The notes: generated by a model from the sequence alone, not told the origin. Numbered from the whole stretch's first letter, positions 27,085 through 41,016 are shown. The stretch is DNA of 57,580 nt, filler included, from Squatina squatina (GCA_031763465.1; 3 parts of 3 records of this genome joined end to end with filler, not necessarily neighbours in it), one strand, 5' to 3'. Made by a program: numbers and translations.

Positions 27085-28484
27085 NNNNNNNNNNNNNNNN
27101 NNNNNNNNNNNNNNNNNNNNNNNNNNNNNNNNNNNNNNNNNNNNNNNNNNNNNNNNNNNNNNNNNNNNNNNNNNNNNNNNNNNNAAAGTTGCCACGGAGA
27201 CTTTGAAATAATTGAGTGACAATCAGTTATTATTTTTTGCTGAATTGGCCTGTAGTATAAACCAAGCAGAGTATCAGGTTATATTACCAAATTTCTTCCA
27301 ATGGAAGTGGTCTATAATCTAAAAAAGTTACAAGACTGCCTAACCTTCTTTCACGCAGTATCCTTTACAGCCAGCAGAAAGCGCGAACCTTTATCCTACC
27401 AGTGTTGGCTGGATTGGAACCCTTGCCCAAGGGGTGAAGGAGCTGTATACTGAGCTGAACAATTGGACAAGCCAATTTCTCCCTGGCCCCAACTCTGAAA
27501 AGATCAAGGTTATCAGTACTATTTTGTATTGCCAGATCACAGGTCATTATCTTGACTGCCGTGGATACCGGTACTGCTTAAACCAACTAGTACAGACAAG
27601 GTCTATAAAACAGTGAAACAAGAGTAAAAGAAGTTTTGCAGAGATGTATAAAAAACAGATTAAAAATCATATTTTCATACAAACTGCAGACACATCAATC
27701 TATTATACTTCCCTGCAAAATTTAACTTGATGCCCTTCCAATCTCCTCTTCCCAATTATAATACAGCAAAGCAGATTAAACATTGTGTTTGGTCAGGTTA
27801 TTTGAGCTTATGTCCACTTTACTGCAATTCTTTAATTACCAACAAATCAAGAATCCCTTCACTAACAAACCTCTGGAGGTTCACAGAGCCAGAGATTGGG
27901 AGTCTTTTGGGTGGAATCAATATTGGCGATATCCTGTAAACTCACAAATGCAGTAAGTGTTGACACCTGTATGTTAATGTAGGAAATGCACACCATAAAA
28001 ATGATACAGACACATCTCTGAAAGGTAAATATCCAGTATCAATGAAAAACTCAACTTCAAAAGTTAATCAAGGCAATGGATATTGTCAAATGCTTTGGAT
28101 CTTTCCATCTCCCCAGTGCTTTCTCAGCCTGTACACTGTACAAAGATTGAAGATTTTTGTTTGAAAAAATTATATTCTTTGGCTATGTAAAATACCTAAA
28201 GTCACTCCCAAAAGGCAACACAAACACTTCCTTTTTTTCCTCTCAACAATAAGCGGGTAGTTCTGAAGGCTCCTCTGTGTTTAGAAAGGCACTGGCTCTA
28301 ATTACTTCTGCATGTCCTGAGAGCACCAACTCACCCCCAACTAACTGCTAACAGTTTATTTCTCAAGTTTGCCTCCCTGCTATTGCATCCACTCCTTCAT
28401 TGAAGCCACTCTTCCCCACTTTATCAAATTGTAAAATCTTCCAAGTCTGCTTTCAAACATTCTCCCTACACTTCTAGTTAACAA

Positions 28485-28740
28485 TGGCCCTAAATTTGCG
28501 ATTGGAAGCTTCCTGTGTGTGGATGCCTCTGATCGCAAAAATCTCTACCAATTTACCTGACAGTCCGGGATCCACATAAACTTCCTGTCTTCTGCCCCCA
28601 CAGTTGGGCATGTGCTCTGTCATGTCTAAGTCAGACTGGAGAGGTCACATGGGAGGTCCCAACCAATCAGATAGGAGTATCTCTCATTCAAGCTTTGACG
28701 GATATGACAGATCTGTCAAAGCTTGAATGCGAGATACAAA
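28485..28740 (+). repeat. Interspersed repeat with CCAAT box and long internal hairpin (copy 1)
   Basis: Homologous to the reverse complement of 50485-50735 (cacatgggaggtcccaaccaatcagatagg vs cacgtgggaggccccaaccaatcaggtagg); begins with TIR-like ggccctaaatttgcg. Confidence 0.7.
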
Positions 28741-31700
28741 ACTACACAAACACATCAACAAAAATTAAAAAGCACTTGTAGCATTAAAATGTAATAAAAA
28801 TGAGATTTNNNNNNNNNNNNNNNNNNNNNNNNNNNNNNNNNNNNNNNNNNNNNNNNNNNNNNNNNNNNNNNNNNNNNNNNNNNNNNNNNNNNNNNNNNNN
28901 NNNNNNNNTCTGTATCAATAATCCAAGTCTCTGGATTACTAGTCCCGTAATTTAACTACTACATTACTGAGTCGCGAGTCTTAGATTCTTATGAATGAAT
29001 TTAAGTTCAAAGTTTCCATTTAGTATTTCTGAATTAATAGTTAAGAATTTCAGTTTTCATTTCTGGAAATGCACTGTTAGAATGAGATAATTTTATCAAT
29101 GAAATTGAAACTTTTTCTATATCGTAAGTGTGATCGAAGCATATTCCTACACAAGAATCCATGACAGAACAAAAACAGCCCAGCATTTTTCTTTTAACTT
29201 TGAGAAGCAAGAAAGAGGAAGCAGAGGAAGAAATATCCTCCTGTGGGTCTATTAGCTTCAATTATGTGTTCTTAGCAAATGTCTGTAGCGATTTCCACTG
29301 AGAAAGCAAACAATTTTTGACCTGGATAAGGGCTGATTTAGAAAGAGATTCTGCAGTAATCCCAGCCTCGCCTGTTGGAATGAAGGCAACAACTTCAGAT
29401 TCTACGATATTGGCATGTCAGAGGATGAAACGTATCAACCATGCTTTGCTTTTTTTTTAAACAAATAAAGTGTAAACCAGATGACCTTTATACTAATTAG
29501 GGTGCCAGATCACCATATTTGCTTTTCTAAATTCCTTGGGCATCTACCAAAAATTAAGGTTTCCATGCCACAGTCAACTTCTCCGAGGTTCTGGAAGCAA
29601 TCATCTGCATGTATGTTGAAGTACACGGAATTTCACAGATCCCAAGGCTGCTTCTGAATAGAAAAATGTTAGGGTATGTGAATGTTAAGACCATCTGCAA
29701 AAGCAAAACTCTCATCACCCTACATTGTTTGCAAGTGTCACGGGACTGCATCATCATTATGCTTATTCTGGCTCCAACTGTACACTGCTTCAGAAGATAT
29801 ATACAATGAGCGTGCTATTAAAGGCATAACAAAACACATTTTTGAGATTCTCACATTGCTGCTCCTTGATCTACTGTGCTATGATATATTCATCACATCT
29901 ACCACATTGTGGTCAACTTTCTTAACACTTCAGGGGCCATGGAATTCTGGTAGCCTTTTTAGAAGAGATGAACGCTTTCGATCAGCAGTTACGAACAGAT
30001 ACGAACTGGACAAGTTTGTGTCCTACTACAAATATTAGGGCCCATTAAACTCAATACTGCTTTTTCACAAACAAAATTCCTTGGTTTGAAGACACTGCTC
30101 CTAACTCAGTCTCTCTTTTAGGGAGTGCAGATTGGAGAGTTGCAAGTGACAGTCAAAATGTCGAATTCACAACATGCTCGATATTCTACACATTAAGGGT
30201 AAGTTTTATGGATTAGTGCACCTGGAGCAGAGTTTCACGCAAAGATTGCACATTTTGAGGATTGGACACACAGGTCAGCATGTCCCACACAATCTTTCAT
30301 CATTTAAAGTGAATGGATATCAAATCATGGGGGCATATGGACCTCCCTATCCAGATCCCCAATAGCTGGCTGGCTACTGTGCATCAGGAGGAACCTTTGG
30401 AACTGATGTGGACATTGTGACATGCAAATTAAGCCTTGGGATTGAAATGCTGCAAGTTGTGCCTCTTGTGCTGTTGCACGGGTAACCTGGCCTTGCCTCC
30501 ATTCTGACACACGTACAGGGTATTGGAGCAAGTTGGCTGGAGGGGATGCATATGCTGCTATCCTGAGAAATAGCTGCCTCATGTCAAAAGATTCTAGCCC
30601 TACCACTGGCACAGATTCTGAGTTGGAACTGATCAGCCAGATTACAAATCTAATTGATTCCACCGGATTCTGAAAATTCCAAGGGACTGTATCCTGCAGC
30701 CTTACCCCAAGTCTCTGAAGGCCAGAATGTAGGGCTCTCTCAAGCTCCTCGAGAGATGCAGTCTGGATTCCAATGTTTGCACTGACTACAACTAGCACTC
30801 TGCTGTGCGAGTGCAGGAATGGTCACAATATCTGAAAGGTAACCCTTCCAAATATAACTTCCTTTCTTTACCCTCCTTGGGCAATCTCATGAACAAGATG
30901 ATATGCATTCAGAAGAGCAGTCTGACACATCAAGCCTAACAAATCCAGCCACAACCATACCAATTCCATCATGGCAGCTTACATAGTCAAGCACAGCACA
31001 GATACACCCATTTTGGAGGATTTAATTCACAAATCACGGGGAAAATCACTGTGTGAAGCACCAAGTAGGTGGAGCTGTGAGTGAAAGAGGGACTGCTAAA
31101 CATTGCTCTATTGGGGATGAACAAACAATTGTCCTCAGCTGAGGACCCCAGGGACCCAGATCTCAGGGGCCCTGTCTTCAATAAAAAATAATACAGAAAC
31201 ATTAGATATCATGTATAAACTGTGGAGACAGTTTCCATGCATGTAATGGAGATTGGAGAAATATGAATGATTCATGACAATTAGCAAGCATTGACACATG
31301 ATATTATGTGCTTTGCATCAGGGATTAGCTTTTTCTATATTTGTTCATGGGATTTAGGCATCACTGGCAAAGCCATCATTTANNNNNNNNNNNNNNNNNN
31401 NNNNNNNNNNNNNNNNNNNNNNNNNNNNNNNNNNNNNNNNNNNNNNNNNNNNNNNNNNNNNNNNNNNNNNNNNNNNNNNNNNATGAATAATATTTTTACT
31501 GCATCTGAGGCACACTGTTTTTGATTACCTCTAAGTGGTCTGCATCCTGCTGAAGAAACCACATTTAAAAAACCTGAAGGGAATATAATGTTCTCAGTGG
31601 TGACTTAAAAGTAACTTAGCCAAGCTTAGGCATTGTGAACCTGGGGCAAAAAAAGTGACTAATAACTGTGGAAATCAGAAAGATTTCTTTAATCTGGAGC

Positions 31701-32439
31701 AATGAAATATGTGGTGCGGAGCAACTCAGAGTTCGTAAATCTCACAGCATAATGTATTCTGTTGGTTTATTTTGACTGGAGAATGATTACTGGCGAGTCA
31801 GATTTGAAATTCGATGTAGTCACACAGAAGGGTTTTGTGTCAGTGAAGCCCATGTGGCCCAACGATCTGTTAACTGCCTCAAGATTAACCCGCTCCCCCT
31901 TTGACCCTTGTGTTTTTTAAATAAAAGGCCTACAGGTGTTTATCTGCGGTCGGTCTGGGTATTGTGCATCTGGAAAAGAAATGGTTTCCTGAAGACTTTC
32001 TGCACTGTAGTCAGACCTTGTGGTCAGTGGCAGGTTAAAGTTCATTTTGTCTGGCAGTAAAGGACACAGACAATTGAAGACCATATCTGGATATTTAAAC
32101 TGCTGCCACAAATCCCTATTAGACAACACAAAGTTAAACAAGAAAACTTGGATTCACTTTGAACTGACTTCTGCTCCTTTAAGGGAGGTCTGTAGCCCAT
32201 CTGTACGTCAAATCTTAATGCCTTCACGGAAGAGTTGAATCGACTGCAACACAGGCATCTGGTCAATGTAGCTTTAAAGTGGTTGAGGAAAAAAAAATAC
32301 CTTCAGTGAAGGTGAATACGTTTGAAAAAAAAATTGTAATATTGGTGGATATAGCCAACAAAATGCATTTTACAAGCATTATACATATTTTGACAGAAAA
32401 CAATTTAATACTTATAGACTGCTCCCTGGAGGACTCAGT

Positions 32440-32546
32440 GGGGCCAATTTTACCCCTTCTCATTGGGCGGGACTCGACAGCAGTTGGTCAGCCGCCCGTT
32501 TTATACTCTGACACACTTTCCTTTCATTTCCATTAAAATTGACCCC
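32440..32546. mobile_element. Miniature MITE (~107 bp)
   Basis: TIRs ggggccaatttta / taaaattgacccc; TSD AGT. Confidence 0.65.
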
Positions 32547-35500
32547 AGTGAGTTGCTGAGCCACACTGATCAGCAAGGTTTAGCTTTGATTCCCCTGTGT
32601 GTGTTGAGTACGCTGACCTCAGCCAGAGTGGCAGTAGAGGTGTTACAATTAGCCTCGGCATCTCTGGGTAAGGCAGGGGAAATCAGCCAAGAGCTCAAGT
32701 TATCCCGCCAGCCCTGCTGGAAATCAGGTGAGGACAGACCTGGCTGAATAGCCTGCTGACACTCACTATCACACAAATAATGGCCACTTCTGCGAGATAC
32801 CACAGGGTATCTGCTGCCTACAGAACCATACTCCAGCAAAGAGTCTAAATCTTCAGATGAGAGTGGAGAAAAAGAATAAAAATAAACCAGGAGGTGAGTC
32901 TCAGCTCCAAAACATAATGGAAAAATATGCTTACTTACAGCACAGTGCTTTACGAGCTTAAGCTATTTATTATTGTTTAGATTTGCTAATATGTCAGGGG
33001 CAACAAAGCAACTCTGTCTGCAAATAAGTGTGTTTCACATCAAAAAGCTGCTGAGAGATGGTTGCTGCTCGATGTCAGTAGTAAATAAACCATTAATCAT
33101 GCTGTTACTCTGGGGGAAAGGGCCATCTATCCCACAGGACATGAACTTTTCACAGGTCACTAACATAAAACGCATCCACACCACCGTTGTGCACAACTTA
33201 AGGCCACTGAATGGAAATGTGTTAAAAAACATATGAAACAGAGTAAGTTGAAACTCAAAAAGAAGTAAACACTGCCATTTCTCAGGAATGTGAAAAGGTC
33301 TCTGGCACTCAGTGTTAATTATTTTTTGTCTATTCTTGGTTTCAGCTCAGCTTGCATTAGAGGTTCGCACCACTTCTGACTGCCCTCTCTGAACAAATTT
33401 CTTACTGTAATGTTTTGTGCTCCAGGTCCCTCTTTTTATCTCTGACCACCTTTTCAACATGTTTGCACATCGTTCTTACATTTATCAGTGAATCCCATAA
33501 TCCTTCAAGCTGCAGGAATTGTAGGAATTTTTCTTCCTCCCCTTACTTTGCTTCTGATTAATTTATCAATCAACTTAAGGTCATACTTGACCAGCGTACG
33601 CTTACTTCTTTTAGGATACGTATTTATCCTGCATTATGCTTTTACCCTTCACTGAAGTGCTGTTAAAGCAACCCCCATCAACAATAAATTCGCTTAAGCA
33701 CATCTTCGAAGTTAGCTGTTTCGAAATTCTATACTGCCTTCTGGTCCTTGTGTTTCTGAATCCCGGATCTTGTCAAACTTGATTATTCTGTGGTTCACCA
33801 TCATGAATAGAGACACGTGCTTATCAGACAGCGATCAGGAGCAGGGACCCTGACATGCTTTCAGCGAACAAAGAGCCTACTGTAGAGCTTCTACTCTTGC
33901 TCTGGCTGGGATGGGTGTTTCACAAGGTTACGGTACAGACTCAGNNNNNNNNNNNNNNNNNNNNNNNNNNNNNNNNNNNNNNNNNNNNNNNNNNNNNNNN
34001 NNNNNNNNNNNNNNNNNNNNNNNNNNNNNNNNNNNNNNNNNNNNTCCTCGAGTTTCTTTGAGTAACCGTGGGAGCAATCCATCAAGATTTACTTTGTTTA
34101 AATTTAAAAGATTTAAAGAAAACTTCTTCTACTAAATTGCCTGCTCAACGTCTGGGCAAAGTGGGAGGGGATGGAGGCAAGAAAATCGGCTTTATTTAGT
34201 TAATAGTTCTATAGAAAATAATTGGAGCTGAGGTTTGTTTTATATTTGTGAAATGCAACCTTGTTCCCATCTGGATATTCAGTGAATGGATGCAATGTCC
34301 TTATTAATGAGCATTTCATGAAGATCTATCCTCCTTAAGTCCTTGAATGGCAATCAGCTCTCAAAATAGCAACCACACATTGTAAGCACAAATTACTTTA
34401 ACATTTCATTCTTTTTTGGGGTACAATGTTCCAGTGTGCTCTGAAAAATGAGAAATAGAACTTCACAGTCTTCAGCTTCCAAACTGCTCTGCCTCAGAGT
34501 CGAATCCATCACAGCTTATGGATGGCAACCTATTGGTTTGCACGAGTTACACATTGTAATTGATATTCATTTAACCCGCAGTGTTTAATTTTACTCACCA
34601 AGGGGAGCCCTGATAATCTTTGTTATTTGACTGCTGTAGGCATCAATGTGCTGCATGCACACAGTTGACCATAGGGGTCCTTTCAAACAGCTGCAACTCG
34701 CTGAGTGAAGTGAGAGACCACCAAGTGTCATTATAGCAGTTAACTTGGTTCATGGTCATAGCTGGGGGGTGGAGGAAGAGTGCTTTTATCCTGGTCATGT
34801 TTGGAGAGGGACGGTAGTAAATGTAGAAAAATTTGAAGCTTGTTTTGACAACATGACCTTAAGCCTTTTTATGTTGTATGGGTCAAGTAAAAAAAAAACA
34901 CTTGTCTTTGTACTGCCATCGCGATGTAACACATTTACATGATGTGGGAAAGCTGACTTCCACGGATAGCTTACAAGAGCCGGCTTGCCAGTGTTTAGAA
35001 GTGGTGATGTTACAGGCACATTGAAAGAACAGTAGAGAAATCAGGCTGCTGCCTGGGAGCCAGTTTTCATTGTGTCTCCGGAGATTTCATTCGGTACTGG
35101 CCAAGACACATTCATTATAATTGGTTCATGAAAATAATAACCATTCATTTCGTGTACATTGCTTTAATGAAAGCAATCTGATTGTCAATTCCAGTTTAAT
35201 TCCAAAAATAGCAATTCGACCAACATATGATCTCTGTGTGNNNNNNNNNNNNNNNNNNNNNNNNNNNNNNNNNNNNNNNNNNNNNNNNNNNNNNNNNNNN
35301 NNNNNNNNNNNNNNNNNNNNNNNNNNNNNNNNNNNNNNNNTTAAGCTAATATGACAAAATGACAGATGGTTTCTCTGGTTTATCCCCTTCAGAAAGCTTT
35401 TCAAACGCTTGTTTATGAAAACAGTGTTGGATTAAAATAAATGAATTACGCACAAATAATAGATTCTTAGGAAAGGTACTGGACTCAGGGAATTGTACCC

Positions 35501-36797
35501 AGAGGAGTCAACACATCCAAGAGAATGGGGGATGGGGATGGAGGAGGAGGAGACAGAGGAAAATTGGTGAGGAGGAAAAAATTAAAATTTGTGAGACTGA
35601 AATTTCTCATGCAGATAAATTTGGGAAAAAAGTCAGTGTGAGTATAAAGTGAGGGTTTGTACTCGCAGTGACATTTTCACTAAAATGATTTTTCAATGCA
35701 TTCTCTCCTTTAAATAGGACACAGAAGAGACACATTGAAATCCAAGTTTCAGTTCTTTATTCTGGCTCTGTGAAACAACATGACTGGAGAATTGTATGTG
35801 GCCGTAAGGCCCTTGGAAAGCGATAAAATGTAATTTTAAAAAGTGAGTTTCTGCATCATTGATAGGAAACTGATGATATGTTGAAAAATTGAGAAATGGG
35901 TTTAAACATTTCAATCCTTGCTGATAACTCAGCCTCTGTGAAGATAACACTGTTGGAGATTTTTCACACTGGCTCTCAGATGTGACCAGTTTGAAAGCGG
36001 TGCTTATCAGTTGAGTGATACTTGCAACACGCTGGGCTCTGTTTGCCAGATGGGGCCTGCAGTGTGTGACCCAGGTCCCTGCTTTCCATCACTATTGACA
36101 CTTTGTATCAATGATGGTCTCCTGCCTCATGAAATTCTTGTTGCTTTGGTGGGAATTACCTAGAGTGCAGCTGAGAACATGTTTACACCTTTGTCAGAAT
36201 GAGGTTCCTAAGACACCAGCTGAAAACTACAAACTAACAAAGCTATTACTAAAGATAAGATAGAATGTTGACCTGTGGCAACCCAAGGTTGTGGATTGAT
36301 CACAAGGAATGAACAGGCTTCTGCTAATGTAAGCCGGAGATGCTTGAGCTCTACTCTGTCAATTTGCTGTTCATTTCTGAGTGAAAACTGTGGCCTAGAA
36401 ATTTGTGTTTGCCATGAAAGTTGGTGTCACCAGTAACTGGAGTTAACGGCCACAACGCGAAGGAGAATAAATTTGTCTAGAGGGCTGGAGATTGGTGCCG
36501 CAGCACGAACCTTTCGTGCAACGCCCTCCTGCTGGCACTAGTGGAGACCTCCGAGATGAAGTTCCCATCCTGAAGCGTTTGAGCTTCGCTCAGCCTCTGG
36601 GAGCGAGGCTGTGGAGCTCACAAGGAATTGTGGGCTATTAAAAGGGCTATGAATGAAAGGGGCAATGCACTCAGAAGTAATGCAAATTAAAATGCGTGAA
36701 AAAATACAGTTTTCAGCCCTTATTGCATTTTAAAAAAAACTTTAAAAAAAACCAAATGTGATGATTCAGCTCGTCTGAACCTAAAAAATGGGAAAAT

Positions 36798-37432
36798 NNN
36801 NNNNNNNNNNNNNNNNNNNNNNNNNNNNNNNNNNNNNNNNNNNNNNNNNNNNNNNNNNNNNNNNNNNNNNNNNNNNNNNNNNNNNNNNNNNNNNNNNNNN
36901 NNNNNNNNNNNNNNNNNNNNNNNNNNNNNNNNNNNNNNNNNNNNNNNNNNNNNNNNNNNNNNNNNNNNNNNNNNNNNNNNNNNNNNNNNNNNNNNNNNNN
37001 NNNNNNNNNNNNNNNNNNNNNNNNNNNNNNNNNNNNNNNNNNNNNNNNNNNNNNNNNNNNNNNNNNNNNNNNNNNNNNNNNNNNNNNNNNNNNNNNNNNN
37101 NNNNNNNNNNNNNNNNNNNNNNNNNNNNNNNNNNNNNNNNNNNNNNNNNNNNNNNNNNNNNNNNNNNNNNNNNNNNNNNNNNNNNNNNNNNNNNNNNNNN
37201 NNNNNNNNNNNNNNNNNNNNNNNNNNNNNNNNNNNNNNNNNNNNNNNNNNNNNNNNNNNNNNNNNNNNNNNNNNNNNNNNNNNNNNNNNNNNNNNNNNNN
37301 NNNNNNNNNNNNNNNNNNNNNNNNNNNNNNNNNNNNNNNNNNNNNNNNNNNNNNNNNNNNNNNNNNNNNNNNNNNNNNNNNNNNNNNNNNNNNNNNNNNN
37401 NNNNNNNNNNNNNNNNNNNNNNNNNNNNNNNN
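36798..37432. other. Large assembly gap (635 N)
   Basis: Run of N. Confidence 0.99.
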
Positions 37433-37530
37433 ACCTGCCTTCTTCTACTGTGCCTGGTGGTCACCCATTCCCTTCCTGCCTGTGCACTCTTTACCTCTGG
37501 TGTGACCACATCACTAAATGCGTTATCCAC
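37433..37530 (-). mobile_element. CR1-like ORF1 fragment
   Basis: VVTPEVKSAQAGREWVTTRHSRRRQ next to the large gap. Confidence 0.55.
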
Positions 37531-39952
37531 TGAAGGCATGGCCACCAATGGTGGTGTGATGAAAATCGGGGGATGTGCAAGAGGCCAGAACTGGAGGAGT
37601 CCAGATATCTCGGAGGGTTGTAGAGCTGGACGACGTTACGGAGATAGGCACATATTACCAACTGAACTGTGGCCTTCGATAATCATAGTAAGCATTTATA
37701 CTACATTTTAAAATGTATTACATTTAAAAGAGAGGATTCTTTAAACAATATCTATTTTTGTTACATTACTACTGATGTCGTATGACATAGCTCACTGGTG
37801 ACAAGTAAAGGATTAAGCATCAACCCCAGAGGCTACTTTTTAAAAAAGTGGGTACATACATATTTTAAAAATATATACAATTTTGGTTCACTTACTCCAG
37901 CACACCTCTAACCTGAATGATGATGTCTCACTCCTGACCAGGCGGTGTGACTGATACAGTAATAAGCCTATTCTAGCTGTTGTCACTTCGGTGCTGCATG
38001 CAGGAATGAGGTCAAGCAGCCGTTGATAGGATCCTTTCATTGCTCACCCTGCTTACATTGAAAATGGTGGGCCAGAGAAGGCCATGGAAGGGCTACTTTG
38101 GTTGACAGTAATTATACTTAGCTTTTATTTTTAAATGCCAGGTTGTTGGCAGTAAAGCCACAATAACAGCAATTCTACCAACAGCAACATTGCCTCATTT
38201 CCTTCATCCCTCTGGGCAACGCTCCCATCTTACACATGAACACAATTGCTAAATGCTTTGCTGTGATTTCAGCATTGTTCTGTTTAACACCATGAGATAT
38301 TTGTTTTCATAATGTGAGTTACTTGACCTGATATTTCATTGCATGGACAATATTTGTGCTTGAAAAAAATGGACCATTTTGCCTCTAAATATCTTTAACT
38401 GTCAATGTAAGAATGGGATGGCATTTACTGTACTCAATATGCCAGTGACATCTGGTCAACAGGTCATTAATAATTCACCAAGCATCATTCTTGTTAGAGC
38501 TGACAGACTTCAAGACTACATTGGACACCTTTGATCCTTTCTATAATTTCAAACTGAAATGTCAAACATCCATCAGCCAGACAGCTGGAAACAAAGCTAG
38601 ATCTAACACCAGTTTCAAGCAACACACTTCACATTGGATCAATTGTTCAACACAGCAGTATGTCGTTGGTTGAGTTATTTCATGGCTTGGCCACTTTGGA
38701 TCAGTTTCCAGGAACAAGAAAGATGGCAATCCTTCAATGACATACAATTAATAAGAAAAGGTTTGCATTTGTATTTAGCACCTCACCATGTCTCCCTGCA
38801 TCATCTCAGACCACATCACTCATAACTAAAATACTTTGAATTGCAATTACTGTTGTGTGTGCAAACAAATAACTATATGGAAAATGAGCTGTGTCCTTTC
38901 ATTTCTGTAAACAACTTCCTTGATAAAGAGGGAATATATCCCAGAACAAGAAAGCAAAGTGGAAAAAAGAATCTCTTGCTTGCCAGTACCTGTGGTACAG
39001 TGATTTGCACAATTCTGAAGTTTGGTTTGCATCCTGCTCAGACTGAAAGAAGGAAAACTTCTCTCTGATAGCTGTATGAATCTGTGTAACTCAACTTATT
39101 TTCAAATGGGTTCACATCAGTACTTCAAAATGATGGGCAAAATCAGCACCAATTGGCGGCCTCACTCAAAGAAACAATAAATGAGTAAGAATTCCTTTGC
39201 CACTATGTGTAACATTTTTAAATGTGTTTATGAAGATTTCCTCTGATCATTATTTCCAGAATGCATTTAATATTTCACTGGGAGATTGATTCACGCCCCG
39301 TTGGGGTGCTCACAGAACAGGAGTTGGCATTTCTCGCACCGGTGTCCGCCCCGCCCCCGCAGNNNNNNNNNNNNNNNNNNNNNNNNNNNNNNNNNNNNNN
39401 NNNNNNNNNNNNNNNNNNNNNNNNNNNNNNNNNNNNNNNNNNNNNNNNNNNNNNNNNNNNNNTTATACCCTTTCTAGAAACAGTGCATGGTTCCCATGTT
39501 TGTTTTACAAAGAGGGGTTACTGTACTACTAAGTGGCAAGAAATTGCACTTAGAAAGTTTGATCCCAAGGGGCATAGGCCTTTTTATGCTGACATACTGT
39601 TTATAGAAAGGTAACTGCTGACAAGTGCGGTATTTATTCTGCTTCAAAAGGTTTGCAGTGAACTAGCCCTCCAAAGCTGACCTTACCAGTCCCCAATCTC
39701 TTATTAATCCATGTTCAAAATGACAGATCGACCTGTTGCCAAGTCTCACCAGATGAGATAATGTCACTTCAAATAAACAATGAAAAAACAAGCATCGAAC
39801 TACATATCAAGTATTTTCCCAAAGACTTTCTGTAGCTGGTGCTGAAAGAAAACATGCAGTTTGTGTCAGCCTATATTTAATTGGCTTCTGCATTCTTATT
39901 GCAGAAGCTGTCATTCCAAATGTTGTACAATGAATAGATTTTAATACATTAA

Positions 39953-40345
39953 GGGCGGCGAATTCGTGGTAAAACTTCTAGCGAGAAATCGGCGCAAAAC
40001 TGGCGTTAAGCCACTTTTAGTGCTAAATCGCGGGCGCAGAATTTAGGTCCCGTTTGCGCCGGCACTAAACGGGCGCAAAGCCCATAACGCTTGAGGCGCT
40101 GCTGTTAGTCTTAACGCGCCGCTGTGACGTCATCATTGTGCACGCCGCCCAAAATGGCTGCCCGTCCAGAATTGTACAGTGTCACTGTGCACTAAATCTG
40201 GCGGTGACAACGTCTGCTTTTTTCAGCCTTGACACGGGCCTCACCTCAGAGAATCCGGTGCTAGCGGCAGGAGTCAGAATAGGCACCATTTTATTTTTGA
40301 TCTTCAGTTCCGTGATGCGCGCACCACATGACTCTGAATTTTAAA
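39953..40345. mobile_element. GC-rich Harbinger-like MITE
   Basis: Starts gggcggcgaattcg; shares aaatcggcgcaaa..tggcg.taag with 10955-10990. Confidence 0.55.
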
Positions 40346-40355
40346 AGCCTCACTC

Positions 40356-40455
40356 NNNNNNNNNNNNNNNNNNNNNNNNNNNNNNNNNNNNNNNNNNNNT
40401 TAATTAATTAANNNNNNNNNNNNNNNNNNNNNNNNNNNNNNNNNNNNNNNNNNNN
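40356..40455. other. Artificial scaffold linker 44N-TTAATTAATTAA-44N
   Basis: Same construct as 22362-22461; truncates MYH copy B. Confidence 0.93.
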
Positions 40456-40456
40456 C

Positions 40457-40548
40457 CCCGATTACAGGCCTCTCCTCCATCCCGATCGTGGGCACCTCCT
40501 CCCTCCCCATCACGGGCCTCTCCTCCCTCCTCATCACAGGCCTCTCCC
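40457..40548 (+). repeat. 24-bp degenerate minisatellite, about 4 units
   Basis: cccgattacaggcctctcctccat / cccgatcgtgggcacctcctccct / ccccatcacgggcctctcctccct / cctcatcacaggcctctccc. Confidence 0.75.
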
Positions 40549-40812
40549 CACCATTGCCGGGGACCATCTTCAAGAGTCCTGCCGCTGGTGATCCCTCCCG
40601 TCAGCCAGCCAGGCTGTCCATTTTGCTGACTGCTGAGCAGGAAATGGAGCTGAGAAGTGTTAATAAGGTTCAGCTGTTCGGCAGGACCTCCACGTCCCCG
40701 ACTTTGGGGAGTAGTTTAGCCATTTTCGGCCTCACCTGCACCTTCCCAGCCTCCCTGTTGTTATAGACTGCATGTCTATTTGGTCCGAATTGATATTAGT
40801 GTATGGACAAAC

Positions 40813-41016
40813 CTGAGAGTGCAGTAGCTGTACCCTCTCAGTGACATCAGTAAGCTCTTGTTCAGCGATTTTGCGAGCTCTATCTGTCTGTTCTAATGCC
40901 GCTCTCATTTCTTCAATCTCAGCCTGCTGCAGGCCACTTCTGCGCTCAACCATGGCCAATTGCTCCTTCAAGTCGTCCTGGCTTCTGCAAGCATCATCCA
41001 GCTGTAACTGGGTATC
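40813..41016 (-). CDS. MYH: MYH copy B exon 35 (rest of gene cut off at linker gap)
   Basis: [68 protein letters not shown]; 204 nt. Confidence 0.95.

Noticed and set aside
30325-30798. 157-aa minus-strand ORF
   Set aside because: No recognisable family motif or convincing exon boundaries; possibly decayed TE sequence
36781-37711. 255-aa and 307-aa ORFs
   Set aside because: Produced by reading through a 635-N gap
40457-40548. CRISPR-like array
   Set aside because: Contiguous degenerate units with no unique spacers, in a eukaryotic intron: minisatellite
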